Shown here piece after piece: positions 63,058 to 64,000 of a stretch of 64,000 nt of DNA. The notes beneath the pieces are model-generated. The model saw nothing but the letters and a program-made list of their open reading frames with translations. It did no database searches and was not told where the DNA came from. Numbering within the stretch: the stretch's first letter is position 1; the number at the start of each line of letters is the position of its first letter. A program made the position numbers and the translations under genes. The stretch comes from Anaeromyxobacter sp. (GTDB lineage: Bacteria > Myxococcota > Myxococcia > Myxococcales > Anaeromyxobacteraceae). The stretch spans positions 1-64,000 of the forward strand of contig JASGJN010000021.1 in the NCBI GenBank assembly GCA_049840735.1, given 5' to 3'.

Positions 63058-63834
63058 TCAGCGCACCGGCCCGAGCCGGCCGCTGAAGACCTTGCGATCG
63101 ATCTTGGCCGCCAGCTGCTTCACCACCGCCTCGGGCCCCTCGAGCTTCACCACCACTGCCCGCACCGGGGCCATGGGCGTGGCCGAGGTCACCTGCTGGA
63201 GGTCGTCCGGCTCCTGGCAGGCGCGCTCGCCGAAGACCAGCGACGTGGTGGCCTGGCCGTCGGAGGCGTAGGTCTCGAGCAGGAAGTCCTTCGACTTCTC
63301 GACCGGGCGCGGGTAGCCCTCGGACTGCTCGCACCCGTTGTCGACCGGGTGCGGCGCCAGCCGGACCGAGACCGTGACGCCGTACTGCATCGAGTCGGTC
63401 ACCGCCTGCGCCAGCTCGAGCAGGCCGCCCATCGACCCGGCGTCGGCCTTGCCTGCCTTGGCCTGGGTCTTCGCGCCGTTGCCCTTGCGCTGGTAGCCGA
63501 TGGTGAGCTCCGTCTCCCTCGGCCAGCAGCCGCGCCAGGTCGGCTCGCACTCGTGGAAGTACTGCTTCGCCGCCGGGGCGCCGGGGATGATCGGCGAGCG
63601 CAGCCGCGCCTCCCGCTCCGCCATGCCGTCCGAGGAGGCCGCGCGCTCCCAGCCGCCGTCGGGCACGGGCAGCGCCCGCTCCAGCGCGGTCAGCGCCTGG
63701 CGGAGCGCGGCGTCCTCCCCCGAGGTGATGAGCCGGCAGTTCGAGACCTCCCCGCAGCCGGCCTGGGCAGGGGCGGGGGCCGCGAGGGCCAGGGCGAGGG
63801 CGGCGAGGGCGGCGAGGGCGAGAAGCCTGGGCAT
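63058..63834 (-). CDS. Exported hypothetical protein
   Basis: RBS GGAGGA, signal peptide MPRLLALAALAALALALAAPAPAQA and six Cys. Confidence 0.7.
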   Translation of the reverse strand: MPRLLALAALAALALALAAPAPAQAGCGEVSNCRLITSGEDAALRQALTALERALPVPDGGWERAASSDGMAEREARLRSPIIPGAPAAKQYFHECEPTWRGCWPRETELTIGYQRKGNGAKTQAKAGKADAGSMGGLLELAQAVTDSMQYGVTVSVRLAPHPVDNGCEQSEGYPRPVEKSKDFLLETYASDGQATTSLVFGERACQEPDDLQQVTSATPMAPVRAVVVKLEGPEAVVKQLAAKIDRKVFSGRLGPVR

Positions 63835-64000
63835 GTGTTCTTCCTCCGGAGCGGTGCCCCTCGATAGCCGCTGCCCGCCGCCGAGGCCAGCCGAGTCATG
63901 GAGGGCTCCCCGCTCGGGGTCGCACGGGGCGTGAAGGGGCGAGACGGCCCGCGTTCACCCCCGCCCCATCTCCCGCAGCAGGGCTCCCGCGCCGGGCAGC

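Overview
A very GC-rich bacterial window. Gene content and protein style (a FrgA-like acidic protein, AgmX/PglI-type C-terminal domains, a long chemoreceptor) suggest Myxococcota, probably Anaeromyxobacter-like; this is an inference. The left ~41 kb is mostly housekeeping and envelope genes: YgiQ radical SAM, rhomboid, thiolase, tatBC, EVE, MCP, PBP1A, RluA-family synthase, histidine kinase, MBL nucleases, uracil permease, PilZ, MltA, a PQQ sugar dehydrogenase-cytochrome, EamA, TerC, etfAB, DUF3015/DUF4105, lipase and FadL. It also carries a REP-flanked RAYT transposase at ~0.63-1.89 kb. The right ~22 kb is accessory. It has a VanW/VanX-like envelope cluster and a compact four-gene operon (Zn-ribbon/degenerate-GGDEF protein, processive GT2, TolC-like/GH18-like fusion, HlyD-like adaptor). 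That operon is my best candidate for an undescribed c-di-GMP-gated polysaccharide synthesis/export system. An orphan tandem-VgrG locus follows, facing a PG-binding/metalloprotease/HEAT triad. About 12 genes are broken by single-base indels. Eight of these indels are GATC read as GATTC or GAATC, which points to a sequencing artefact at a modified GATC motif rather than pseudogenes. Many genes appear to be leaderless. I found no rRNA, tRNA or CRISPR array. All family assignments come from motif recognition by eye, not database searches.
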